Shown piece by piece: positions 28,186-36,269 of a stretch of 64,000 nucleotides of DNA. The notes below the pieces were generated by a model. That model had not been told where the DNA came from. It saw nothing but the letters and a program-made list of their open reading frames with translations, and ran no database searches. A program made the translations under genes and the position numbers. The DNA is taken from NCBI GenBank assembly GCA_016212005.1, contig JACRHP010000043.1, forward strand, positions 99 to 64,098, read 5' to 3'. Each line of letters opens with the position of its first letter. Positions within the stretch are counted from its first letter, which is position 1. This DNA is from Candidatus Omnitrophota bacterium. Lineage in GTDB: Bacteria; Omnitrophota; Gorgyraeia; Zapsychrales; Zapsychraceae.

Positions 28186-29250
28186 ATGGATGAAATAATT
28201 TTGGGGAACATCATGGTGCCGTCGTGGATTATCCTGCCGGCGTTTTTTATCGCCTGGGTCAGCGGCTTATTCGTCTTGAAGAAAATTTTGTTCGGGACGG
28301 TCCGCAAGCTTACCGCCAAGACCCGGACGCGGATCGATGATATCCTGATTTCCGCCGCTGACCTGCCGCTGACGCTTCTTATTTTCGGCAGCGGCGCGGC
28401 GGTGATGGAGCGGCTGATCCCCTACGCCACGCATGCCGGGTTGACCAATGATTTCTTGGTCGCCTTCAAGGCGGTCACCGTCGTCGCCATCGTTCTTTTC
28501 ACGGAACGGGCGCTTACCCGGATTATTTATGAATACGCGGACAAAGTCGAGATCTTGAAAAGCTCCGGGGGTATCGTCCGCGGCTTCATGCGCCTGGCCG
28601 TTATCGGCATCGGCCTGCTGGTCCTGCTGGACAGTTTCGGCGTCTCCGTCACGCCGGTCCTGGCTTCACTGGGGATCGGGTCATTGGCGGTCGCCCTCGC
28701 CCTGCAGCCGACGCTGGAGAATCTCTTCGCGGGGATCCAGATCGTCATTGACAAACCGATCCATGTTGGGCATTTCATCAAGCTGGAATCCGGCGAAGAG
28801 GGTTACGTGCACAAGATCGGATGGCGTTCGACCTGGGTCAGGCTTCTGTCCAATAACATTGTGATCCTGTCGAACAAGAACCTCGTGAATTCGAAAATCA
28901 CCAACTATTATTATCCGGACAAGGAGCTGGCGGTCCTGGTGGAAGTCAGCGTCCACTATCAATCGGACCTGGAGATGGTCGAGCGCGTGACCGTGGAAGA
29001 AGCCAAAAAAGTCATGCGGGAGGTCGCCGGCGGGGTGCCGGTGTTTGAACCGTTTGTCCGTTATCATACGTTTGGGGAATCGGGCGTCGGCTTTACCGTT
29101 ATCCTGCGGGCGAGGGAGTTCACCGATGCGTATCTGATCAAACATGAATTTATCAAACGGCTGCACCAGCGTTTTGCCGGCGAAGGCATCGTTATCCCGT
29201 ATCCGGTCCGCGCGGTCAACTACGAGCAGGAAAAGGCCGCGCGGAAGTAG
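28186..29250 (+). CDS. Small-conductance mechanosensitive channel (MscS family)
   Basis: Three N-terminal TMs, then the pore helix and beta domain: LENLFAGIQIVIDKPIHVGHFIKLESGEEGYVHKIGWRSTWVR. Confidence 0.8.
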   Translation: MDEIILGNIMVPSWIILPAFFIAWVSGLFVLKKILFGTVRKLTAKTRTRIDDILISAADLPLTLLIFGSGAAVMERLIPYATHAGLTNDFLVAFKAVTVVAIVLFTERALTRIIYEYADKVEILKSSGGIVRGFMRLAVIGIGLLVLLDSFGVSVTPVLASLGIGSLAVALALQPTLENLFAGIQIVIDKPIHVGHFIKLESGEEGYVHKIGWRSTWVRLLSNNIVILSNKNLVNSKITNYYYPDKELAVLVEVSVHYQSDLEMVERVTVEEAKKVMREVAGGVPVFEPFVRYHTFGESGVGFTVILRAREFTDAYLIKHEFIKRLHQRFAGEGIVIPYPVRAVNYEQEKAARK

Positions 29251-29278
29251 GCAAGCACAGCAAAAGGGAGGAAAGCGT

Positions 29279-29572
29279 ATGTTTGTTTTGAGCAATTTCT
29301 TCGCGGCCCTCGCGAAGATGGCCGATGTTCTTTTGTCGGTCATGTACTGGCTGATTTTGATCCGTGCCCTGATCAGCTGGGTGAGTCCCGACCCTTTTAA
29401 TCCGGTTGTCCAGTTTTTATACCGGACGACCGACCCGATCCTGGAGCCGATACGAAGACTGCTGCCGCCGATGGGGATCGATATTTCTCCGCTCATTGCC
29501 TTTTTGGCCATCTATTTCTTGAGATCTTTTCTGGTGAGTACGTTGTTTGATTTGGCCTTGCGGCTGCGCTGA
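29279..29572 (+). CDS. YggT family membrane protein
   Basis: Start ATG 29279 within listed ORF 29144-29572. LILIRALISWVSPDPFNPVVQFLYRTTDPILEPIRRLLP is the YggT signature. Confidence 0.75.
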   Translation: MFVLSNFFAALAKMADVLLSVMYWLILIRALISWVSPDPFNPVVQFLYRTTDPILEPIRRLLPPMGIDISPLIAFLAIYFLRSFLVSTLFDLALRLR

Positions 29573-29660
29573 AGCGGCAAAGCGGCGAAAATAGTCTTGA
29601 AAACCACGGGTAAAATATATAAGATGGCAGAATTAATATACCGGAGCGGAAAGGTTGTTT

Positions 29661-29951
29661 ATGCTTGATAAGATCAAACAAATGGTGGAGCTTAAAAAGC
29701 AGGCCGACCAGATCAAACGCGAACTGGACGCGGCCGTCATCGATGTGCAGGAAGTCCGCGGCATCAAGATCGCCGTGAGCGGCGCGCAGAATTTTAAATC
29801 GATTCAAATAGAGGAACAGCTCTTGACTGCGGCCAACAAGGCGCGGCTCGAGGTCGATCTCTTGCGCAGCTTAAACGCGGCCGTCGCGAAATCGCAAGTG
29901 TTGGCGGCCCAGAAGATGAAATCCGTCCTTCCTGGCTTTCCGGGGATTTAA
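29661..29951 (+). CDS. YbaB/EbfC-family nucleoid-associated protein
   Basis: About 96 aa. The pattern is N-terminal helix (KQMVELKKQADQIKREL), beta core (GIKIAVSGAQNFKSIQIEEQLL), then C-terminal helix. Confidence 0.65.
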   Translation: MLDKIKQMVELKKQADQIKRELDAAVIDVQEVRGIKIAVSGAQNFKSIQIEEQLLTAANKARLEVDLLRSLNAAVAKSQVLAAQKMKSVLPGFPGI

Positions 29952-30020
29952 TGGCAGGGAACGCACATATGCGTTCCCTGCATAATTGTAACTCATAACA
30001 CATCATTGAAAGGGGTTATC

Positions 30021-30254
30021 ATGCCTTACGACCAATCGCTGGACAAGGAAACGTTCAAGGAAACCAAAGAATTCGAGGGGACGCGTGTGACCGTCGGGGT
30101 TTTTTCCTACAACGGCGGCGCCAAGAAACTCCAGTTGACCCGCGAGAACAAGGACCAGAACGAGGGGTGGCGCTTCGCCAAGCTGGGGCGCATGACCAAG
30201 GAAGAGGCCCAGGAAATTATCCCCATCATGCTGCGGGCCGCGGAGAAGATGTAA
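30021..30254 (+). CDS. Small protein, possibly PC4/YdbC-like ssDNA-binding fold (tentative)
   Basis: 77 aa. FSYNGGAKKLQLTRE...GWRFAKLGRMTKEEAQEI resembles bacterial PC4-like proteins. ATG at 30021. The assignment is weak. Confidence 0.4.
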   Translation: MPYDQSLDKETFKETKEFEGTRVTVGVFSYNGGAKKLQLTRENKDQNEGWRFAKLGRMTKEEAQEIIPIMLRAAEKM

Positions 30255-30273
30255 GCGGGGCGGGGGAACGGAT

Positions 30274-30750
30274 ATGACGCAGGAAACTTTTTTGACCCGG
30301 GCGGGTTACCAGAAGCTTCATGATGAGCTTGAAGAACTGAAGAAACAGAAGCGCCAGATCTCCAGGGCCATCGGCGAGGCGAGGTTGCAGGGGGATATCT
30401 CCGAGAACGCCGAATACGACGCCGCCAAGGACGCGCAAGCGCACAACGCCGCGAGGATCGCCGAGCTGGAAGGCAAGCTGGCCACGGTGAGGATCATCGA
30501 GGACGAGGATATCCCCGCCGACAAAATTTTTATCGGTGCCATTGTCACTTTGAAAGATCTGGCGACCGGCGAACAATTGAAGTATATGATGGTCTCGCCG
30601 GAAGAGTCGAATTACGAGGAAAACAAGCTTTCCATCCATTCGCCGATCGGCAAGGGGCTCATAGGCCGTAGCGCCGGGGAAGAGGCGCAGATCAAGGTCC
30701 CGGCGGGCGTGCTGCAGTATAAGATCGTCAAGATAGAACGGCCCGGGTAG
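30274..30750 (+). CDS. greA: Transcription elongation factor GreA
   Basis: LTRAGYQKLHDELEELK, GDISENAEYDAAKDAQ and the C-terminal FKBP-like domain (SPIGKGLIGRSAGEE). Confidence 0.9.
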   Translation: MTQETFLTRAGYQKLHDELEELKKQKRQISRAIGEARLQGDISENAEYDAAKDAQAHNAARIAELEGKLATVRIIEDEDIPADKIFIGAIVTLKDLATGEQLKYMMVSPEESNYEENKLSIHSPIGKGLIGRSAGEEAQIKVPAGVLQYKIVKIERPG

Positions 30751-30793
30751 GGAACGGTCGCGACCGTTCCCTGCATTTAAAAGGGGTTTTAAT

Positions 30794-31807
30794 TTGATCA
30801 ATGTCGGTGTCATCGGCTGCGGCCAGTGGGGTCCCAACCATATCCGCATCTTTTCGCATCTGCCCAATTCCCGGGCGCTCATGTGCGCTGACCTCAACGC
30901 GCAGCGGCTTAAGGCCGTCCGGGAAACATTCACCAGCATTGAAACCACGGCGGATTACAGGGATATTCTGAACAATAAAGATATCCGCGCCGTTTGTATC
31001 GCTTCCCCGACCAATACCCATTTTGTTTTTGCCAAAGAGGCCCTTGAGCATGACAAGCATGTTTTGTGTGAGAAACCCCTGGCCCTGACGGCCGATGAAT
31101 GCGGGGAACTTGCCGGGTTGGCCGCCGCGCGCAAAAGGACCCTGATGGTCGGGCATGTCTTCCTTTTCAACGCGGGGATCATGAAATTAAAAGAATATAT
31201 CCGTTCGGGGGAACTGGGGTGTATCCATTACGCGCATTCGACGAGGACCAACCTGGGGCCTTTTCGTTATGACGTCAACGCCCTGTGGGACCTGGCCCCG
31301 CACGATATTTCCATTTTTAATTATTTGTTTGACGGTTGTCCCGTAAACGTCTCGGCGCGCGGACAGAAATGCCTGGGGACGGAACGGGACGACCTGGCCT
31401 TTGGCACTTTGGAATATCCCGGCAACACGGTCGCACACCTTCACGTCAGCTGGATCGATCCCAAGAAAGTGCGGCAGATCACCATTGTCGGGGAGAAAAA
31501 AATGGTCACCTGGGATGATCTTGATGACGCCGGCCCGATCAAGCTCTATGACAAGCACGTCGAGAAGTCAGGCGCTTATTATCTGACTTATGGAGAGTTC
31601 AGGCTTTTGTCCAAAGAGGGCGGGACCACGATCCCTAAAGTTGAGCTCAATGAACCGTTAAGAAATCAGGACCAATATTTTATTGATTGCATCGAGCGTA
31701 ACGTACCGCCGGAGCTGGCCGACGCCCGCAAAGGCCGGGATGTCGTCAGGACGCTCGTCGCTCTGCAGCAGTCGATCGAACGCCGGGGGGCGTGCGTGGA
31801 ACTTTAG
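30794..31807 (+). CDS. Gfo/Idh/MocA family oxidoreductase (WbpB-like sugar-nucleotide dehydrogenase)
   Basis: Rossmann motif INVGVIGCGQWG, and EKPLALT. It is followed by a hexapeptide acetyltransferase and a GT2, a nucleotide-sugar modification context. Confidence 0.8.
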   Translation: MINVGVIGCGQWGPNHIRIFSHLPNSRALMCADLNAQRLKAVRETFTSIETTADYRDILNNKDIRAVCIASPTNTHFVFAKEALEHDKHVLCEKPLALTADECGELAGLAAARKRTLMVGHVFLFNAGIMKLKEYIRSGELGCIHYAHSTRTNLGPFRYDVNALWDLAPHDISIFNYLFDGCPVNVSARGQKCLGTERDDLAFGTLEYPGNTVAHLHVSWIDPKKVRQITIVGEKKMVTWDDLDDAGPIKLYDKHVEKSGAYYLTYGEFRLLSKEGGTTIPKVELNEPLRNQDQYFIDCIERNVPPELADARKGRDVVRTLVALQQSIERRGACVEL

Positions 31808-32350
31808 ATGAATTACTTCAAACATAAAACAGCTTTGGTGGACAAGAAAGCCCGGATCGGCAAAGGCACCCGCCTTTGGGCCTTTACGAACGTCAAGGCC
31901 GGCGCGGCGATCGGCCGCGACTGCAATATTTGCGACGGCAGTTTTGTGGAAGGCGGGGCGGTCATCGGGGATAACGTCACCATCAAACATCATGTCGCCG
32001 TCTTTGACGGGGTGACGCTCGGCAACGGTGTTTTTGTCGGCTCGAACGTGGCGTTTGTCAACGACCGCTATCCGCGCAGCAAGAAAAAGGATTGGGTCCT
32101 GGAAAAGACGTTCGTCGGTAAAGGCGCGACCATCGGCAGCAATGCCGTGGTCCTGTGCGGGGTGACGATCGGCGAATACGCGGTCGTCGGCGCCGGCAGT
32201 GTCGTGACCAAAGATGTCGCGCCTTTTACGGTCGCCCACGGGAACCCGGCCGCGTTCAAAGGGTATGCCTGCCGTTGCGGCCGCAGGCTTGATAAACAAT
32301 TGAAGTGTCCGTGCGGGAAGCGATATTCAAAAGCCGATTTCAATGAATAA
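31808..32350 (+). CDS. Left-handed beta-helix (hexapeptide) N-acetyltransferase, WbpD-like, with C-terminal Cys4 tail
   Basis: Repeated hexapeptide pattern (IGKGTRLW, IGRDCNI, IGDNVTI, IGSNAVV, IGEYAVVGAGSVV). The C-terminus is CRCG...CPCG. Confidence 0.75.
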   Translation: MNYFKHKTALVDKKARIGKGTRLWAFTNVKAGAAIGRDCNICDGSFVEGGAVIGDNVTIKHHVAVFDGVTLGNGVFVGSNVAFVNDRYPRSKKKDWVLEKTFVGKGATIGSNAVVLCGVTIGEYAVVGAGSVVTKDVAPFTVAHGNPAAFKGYACRCGRRLDKQLKCPCGKRYSKADFNE

Positions 32351-33074
32351 GGTCCTGGTTTGCCCCGTCGCCTTTAATGAAAACGTCAAGCTGAAAAGCG
32401 CGATCGAGCGGTTTTTGAAAAGTCCCGCGCGGGACCGGGCAGATTATCTGGTCGTCGATGACGCTTCGACCGACGGGACGACGGAGATGATCCGGGGTTT
32501 CGCCGCGCGCGGAGTGCAAACGATACGGCATGCGGACCGCAGCGGGGTCGGTGCCGCGATCCGCACGGCGATCAAATACGCCACCAGCAAAGGATACGAA
32601 GTCCTGGTGATCATGGCGGGCAATGATAAAGATAACCCTGATGAAATTCCCCGGCTCATCGACCCGGTCGTCAAGGAAGGTTATGATTTTGTCCAGGGTT
32701 CCCGCTATTTAAGCCCCAAGGGGGCGGGGGGAGACATGCCTTTCTACCGGAAAGTGGCGACCCGCGTTCATCCGGCTTTGATGTCGCTCATTGTCGGGAG
32801 AGTCTTGACTGACAGCACGAATGGATTTCGGGCCTTCCGGGTGTCGATATTCGAGAATAAGGCGGTTAACATCGACCAGGAGTGGCTGGACCATTATGAG
32901 TTGGAACCGTATCTGCTCTTTAAGGCCGTTACGTTGGGGTATAAATTCCGGGAAGTCCCCGTCACCAAGATCTACCCGCCGCAGAAACTTGGCTATACCA
33001 AAATGCGGCCTGTCGTCGGATGGTGGAGTATTTTAAAACCTGTAGTTTATCTGGGGCTAAGGATCAAACGCTAG
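32343..33074 (+). CDS. Family 2 glycosyltransferase (polyprenol-phosphate sugar transferase-like)
   Basis: LVVDDASTDGT, a DxD-like region and FRAFR. 243 aa. The start overlaps the upstream stop. Confidence 0.75.
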   Translation: MNKVLVCPVAFNENVKLKSAIERFLKSPARDRADYLVVDDASTDGTTEMIRGFAARGVQTIRHADRSGVGAAIRTAIKYATSKGYEVLVIMAGNDKDNPDEIPRLIDPVVKEGYDFVQGSRYLSPKGAGGDMPFYRKVATRVHPALMSLIVGRVLTDSTNGFRAFRVSIFENKAVNIDQEWLDHYELEPYLLFKAVTLGYKFREVPVTKIYPPQKLGYTKMRPVVGWWSILKPVVYLGLRIKR

Positions 33075-33077
33075 TGG

Positions 33078-33129
33078 TTCGACAGGCTCACCACCGGCCC
33101 TGGGCAAGGCCGAAGGCCGCGTCGAAGGG
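33078..33129. repeat. Small GC-rich element with TTCGAC...GTCGAAGGG termini (intergenic copy)
   Basis: ttcgacaggctcaccaccggccctgggcaaggccgaaggccgcgtcgaaggg. The termini are inverted (TTCGAC/GTCGAA). A second copy with the same termini lies at 50408-50462. Confidence 0.5.
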
Positions 33130-33161
33130 CTAGGAACTTTTACAAAATGGGGAGAAATCAC

Positions 33162-33440
33162 ATGGGGAAGAGAATCGCGGTGTTATTTTTATTTGCGTTT
33201 GTCACAGGATGCACTTATGCCGGAGAACGTAACCTGGAGGATTACCTCAACGACCCCAAGACATGGGTGAAGGACCCTCATTTCGAGAATTATCAGCAAC
33301 AACGTGACAATCTGGAAAGCCGGTATCTGGGCAAAGAGATTTCCTACGCGCAATATCTGGAACAGCGCACGGCCCTGGACGACCGGTACTCCAGGGAAGT
33401 GGCGGAAAGAAACCAGAAGATCATGGACGATGGAAAGTAG
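33162..33440 (+). CDS. Small lipoprotein, unknown function
   Basis: MGKRIAVLFLFAFVTGC lipobox. ATG at 33162 within listed ORF 33147-33440. Confidence 0.45.
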   Translation: MGKRIAVLFLFAFVTGCTYAGERNLEDYLNDPKTWVKDPHFENYQQQRDNLESRYLGKEISYAQYLEQRTALDDRYSREVAERNQKIMDDGK

Positions 33441-33449
33441 GGCGGGCCA

Positions 33450-34184
33450 ATGATGAAGTTATTCGGCAAGAACCCGGTCCTGGAACGCCTGCGGGCCAAC
33501 CCGCAAAGCATCCGCCGGATATTTATCCAGCAGGGCCTTCCCGAGGCCTCTTATATCCATAAAAAGGCCCGGCAGCATGGCATCCAGGTCATTGTCGTCG
33601 CCCCGGCGCGGCTGGAGAAGATCAACCGCACGCGCAACACCCAGGGGGTCCTGGTGGACGTCGACGATTTCGCGTATGTCCCTTATGATGACTTGCTGGA
33701 GACGGCGCGCGATAGCGGGGGGTCGGTCGTTTTTCTGGATAGCGTGACCGATCCCCAGAACCTCGGGGCCATCATCCGCAGCCTCGCCTGCCTGGGAGGG
33801 TTCGCGGTCGTTTTGCCGACGCACGATTCGGTCGGCGTCACGGAGGCCGTCTTGCGGGTCGCCTCCGGCGGGGATAATTACGTGGCCGTCGCCAGAGTCG
33901 CCAATCTGGGCAACGCCATCAGGTCCGCCAAAGAATCCGGGTTCTGGATCGCGGGCGCGGTCGCGGGAGAAGGGCAAAATTTGTTCGAGGCCAGTTTCCC
34001 GTCGCCGGTGGGGCTGGTCGTTGGTTCCGAGCAGAAGGGGATCCGTGATGTCCTGCGAAAACTTCTGGACGCGCAGTTGACGATTCCGATGTCTTCTGCC
34101 ACAATGTCGTTTAACGTGGCGCATGCCACGGCCATTTTTTGTTATGAGATCGCCAAACAGAAAAAAAACGCGGTCAAAAAATAA
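33450..34184 (+). CDS. SpoU/TrmH-family 23S rRNA 2'-O-methyltransferase (RlmB-like)
   Basis: N-terminal substrate-binding domain (GKNPVLERLRANP) and SpoU motifs (TDPQNLGAIIRS, GSEQKGI, IPM...SFNVAHA). Confidence 0.75.
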   Translation: MMKLFGKNPVLERLRANPQSIRRIFIQQGLPEASYIHKKARQHGIQVIVVAPARLEKINRTRNTQGVLVDVDDFAYVPYDDLLETARDSGGSVVFLDSVTDPQNLGAIIRSLACLGGFAVVLPTHDSVGVTEAVLRVASGGDNYVAVARVANLGNAIRSAKESGFWIAGAVAGEGQNLFEASFPSPVGLVVGSEQKGIRDVLRKLLDAQLTIPMSSATMSFNVAHATAIFCYEIAKQKKNAVKK

Positions 34185-34203
34185 TACCGGCGCCCTTAGC
34201 GCC

Positions 34204-34761
34204 GTGAACCTCTTCGCCGAAGCGGGGCTGCTTAAAAGGATCAAACGCAGCGGCTGGTGGGTCGCCGGGATCAAGGACCCGGAGAGCGTCGCCGAGCATT
34301 GTTTCCGCTGCGCCGTGATGGCGTATTACATCGCCCATCTGGAGAAGGCGGATGTCCAGAAGGTGCTCATTATGGCGCTTTTTAATGACGTCCATGAGGC
34401 GCGCATCAACGACCTGCACAAGATGGGGCATTTTTATATCGATTTCAAGGAAGCCGAGAGAAAAGTTTTTAAAGACCAGGTCCGGGACCTGGATCCGGGC
34501 GTTTCCACGCAGCTGGGCGCCTTGCGCCGGGAATACGAGGCCCAGCGCACCAAAGAAAGCCTGGTCGCCCGCGACGCGGACATCCTGGAATGCCTGTTGC
34601 AGGCCAAGGAATACCATGACCACGGGTATCACAAGGCGGAAAAATTTTTCAAGACCGCCCCGGACCATCTTAAAACAAAGACGGCGCGCAAGCTCTGGAA
34701 GACGATCCGGACCTGGGACAGCAGCGCCTGGTGGGAAAGGGTCGTTAAGTTTGAACGATAA
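34204..34761 (+). CDS. HD-domain phosphohydrolase (YfbR-like 5'-nucleotidase family)
   Basis: LKRIKRSGW...ESVAEHCFR and NDVHEARINDL (H...HD...D pattern). The start is uncertain: GTG 34204 was chosen to avoid overlap with the upstream gene, and the listed ORF starts at 34123. Confidence 0.65.
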   Translation: MNLFAEAGLLKRIKRSGWWVAGIKDPESVAEHCFRCAVMAYYIAHLEKADVQKVLIMALFNDVHEARINDLHKMGHFYIDFKEAERKVFKDQVRDLDPGVSTQLGALRREYEAQRTKESLVARDADILECLLQAKEYHDHGYHKAEKFFKTAPDHLKTKTARKLWKTIRTWDSSAWWERVVKFER

Positions 34762-34764
34762 AAT

Positions 34765-34894
34765 CAGACTAAAGACCAATGACTAAAGACTAAAGCTCTA
34801 ATAGCGAGTGATGAATGAGGTGTCACAAATATTTTGTTTCAGGTCAATCCAGAAGTTTTTAGTTTTTGGTCTTCAGTCTTTAGTCTTTAGTCTG
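34765..34894. repeat. Split period-7 inverted repeat bracketing the 5' end of the M48 peptidase gene
   Basis: Left arm is cagactaaagaccaatgactaaagactaaagctc (34765-34798). Right arm is ggtcttcagtctttagtctttagtctg (34868-34894), whose reverse complement begins with the identical 12-mer cagactaaagac. The spacer of about 70 nt contains the GTG/ATG start codons. Confidence 0.6.
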
Positions 34895-35644
34895 TTTCTG
34901 CAAGGTTGCGCGACGGTGTATAATCCCGCGACCGGCCACCGGGAGTTCATCATGATCTCCACCGGGGAGGAGGTCGAGATGGGCAAAAGCGTGCATCAGA
35001 GCATCGCCCGGCAGTACAAGTTCCCGGACAGCCCGGCAAAGCTGGAACGGCTCCGGCGCATTGGCCAGCGGCTGGCAAAGGTGTCCGACCGGCAGGATTA
35101 CACGTATAATTTTTATCTGATCGAGGACAAGGAAATGAACGCGTTCACCACCCCCGGCGGCAACGTCTATATGTACACGGGGCTGCTGGACAAATTGACG
35201 AGCGATGACCAGGTCGCTGCCGTCCTGGCGCACGAGATCGGCCATTGCGCGGCCCGGCATACCGTCAAGAAATTCCAGGCGGCGCTCGGCTATGATCTAA
35301 TCAGCCGTATTGTCCTTAGCCAGATCGGCGGGGACCAGGCCAGGGAGATCACCGCCTTGAGCACCAACGCGGTGATGAATATTGTTTTTTCGGGTTACAG
35401 CCGCCAGGACGAATTTGAGGCGGACCGTCTGGGCGTCAAATACGCGTACCTGGCCTGTTACGATCCGCGGGGAAGTGTTGAAACGTTTAAAATACTCGAG
35501 GCCGGTTCCCAGGGGCCTGACGTCCCGCTTTTTTTGCGCAGTCATCCTTATCTCCGGGACCGTATCGGTATGGTTGAAGAGGAGATCAGGTCTGCCGGGC
35601 AGAAATACGGCCCCGCGCCGTGTGGAGGACCTTTGGGCCTGTGA
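34808..35644 (+). CDS. M48-family zinc metallopeptidase, lipoprotein
   Basis: HEIGHCAARH (HExxH), lipobox FLQGC, and downstream E...D ligand region EFEADRLG. GTG at 34808, with ATGs at 34811 and 34814. Confidence 0.75.
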   Translation: MMNEVSQIFCFRSIQKFLVFGLQSLVFSLFLQGCATVYNPATGHREFIMISTGEEVEMGKSVHQSIARQYKFPDSPAKLERLRRIGQRLAKVSDRQDYTYNFYLIEDKEMNAFTTPGGNVYMYTGLLDKLTSDDQVAAVLAHEIGHCAARHTVKKFQAALGYDLISRIVLSQIGGDQAREITALSTNAVMNIVFSGYSRQDEFEADRLGVKYAYLACYDPRGSVETFKILEAGSQGPDVPLFLRSHPYLRDRIGMVEEEIRSAGQKYGPAPCGGPLGL

Positions 35645-35937
35645 AACGCATCGGCATAGCCGCGAGCAAGATCAGCAAGGGGAACACGGTATTTTACAAT
35701 CTTTGTGTTGTCCTGATCGCGTGTTTGTTTTCCTTGTTTATCTTTATCGTCGCCGGGGCGACCATCGCGCTCGCCCTTATGCTGATCGGTTATATCGGCA
35801 CCGAAGTGATGGGGCATGAATTCCAGAAGAACTGGTACTTTGTGATGGCCGTGTGCATGGCGGCGCTGACGGTCGTGGTGGTGTTGTTCAACGTTTTTGC
35901 CATTCTCATGAATATAAGATGGACGAAAAAATCCTAG
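35641..35937 (+). CDS. Small two-TM membrane protein, unknown function
   Basis: GTG 35641 overlaps the upstream TGA. Two long hydrophobic segments are present. I recognised no family. Confidence 0.35.
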   Translation: MKRIGIAASKISKGNTVFYNLCVVLIACLFSLFIFIVAGATIALALMLIGYIGTEVMGHEFQKNWYFVMAVCMAALTVVVVLFNVFAILMNIRWTKKS

Positions 35938-36269
35938 ATCTTGCCGAATTTATGGAGAGGATCCAGGGCGACAAGGCGCTCGCCCTGGAACTGCTGGATA
36001 TCTTTGTCCCGGATTTCCGCGAGAAGCGGCGGTTGATGGGCGAGGCCATTTCCAACAACGACGCCGACCAGATGCGGAAGTTGTCCCACGCCCTGAAGGG
36101 ATCGACGGGGAACATTTCGGCCCACGCCTTGCATGTGATCCTGGCCCAGTTGGAGGACATGGGCAAGAGGAACGATCTGACGGGTGCCGGCGCGCTGGTG
36201 GCGGACCTGGACACGAAATTCGAGGCCCTGATGGCGCGTATCGCCATTTTGAGAGAGGAGTTGAAATGA
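35919..36269 (+). CDS. Hpt (histidine phosphotransfer) domain protein
   Basis: ATG 35919 (MDEKILDL). The phospho-accepting His sits in SHALKGSTGNISA. About 116 aa, four-helix-bundle size. Confidence 0.65.
   Translation: MDEKILDLAEFMERIQGDKALALELLDIFVPDFREKRRLMGEAISNNDADQMRKLSHALKGSTGNISAHALHVILAQLEDMGKRNDLTGAGALVADLDTKFEALMARIAILREELK

Noticed and set aside
28681-29511. 276-aa minus-strand ORF. Similar long minus-strand ORFs lie at 30226-30948, 31658-32299, 33459-34274, 37083-38069, 47917-48765, 53810-54511 and 57204-58142.
   Set aside because: All are antisense shadows of well-supported + strand genes (mscS, greA, acetyltransferase, rlmB-like, TPR-GT, radC, GH5, ABC-F). They occur only in the GC-rich part and have low-complexity Arg/Gly/Pro composition.
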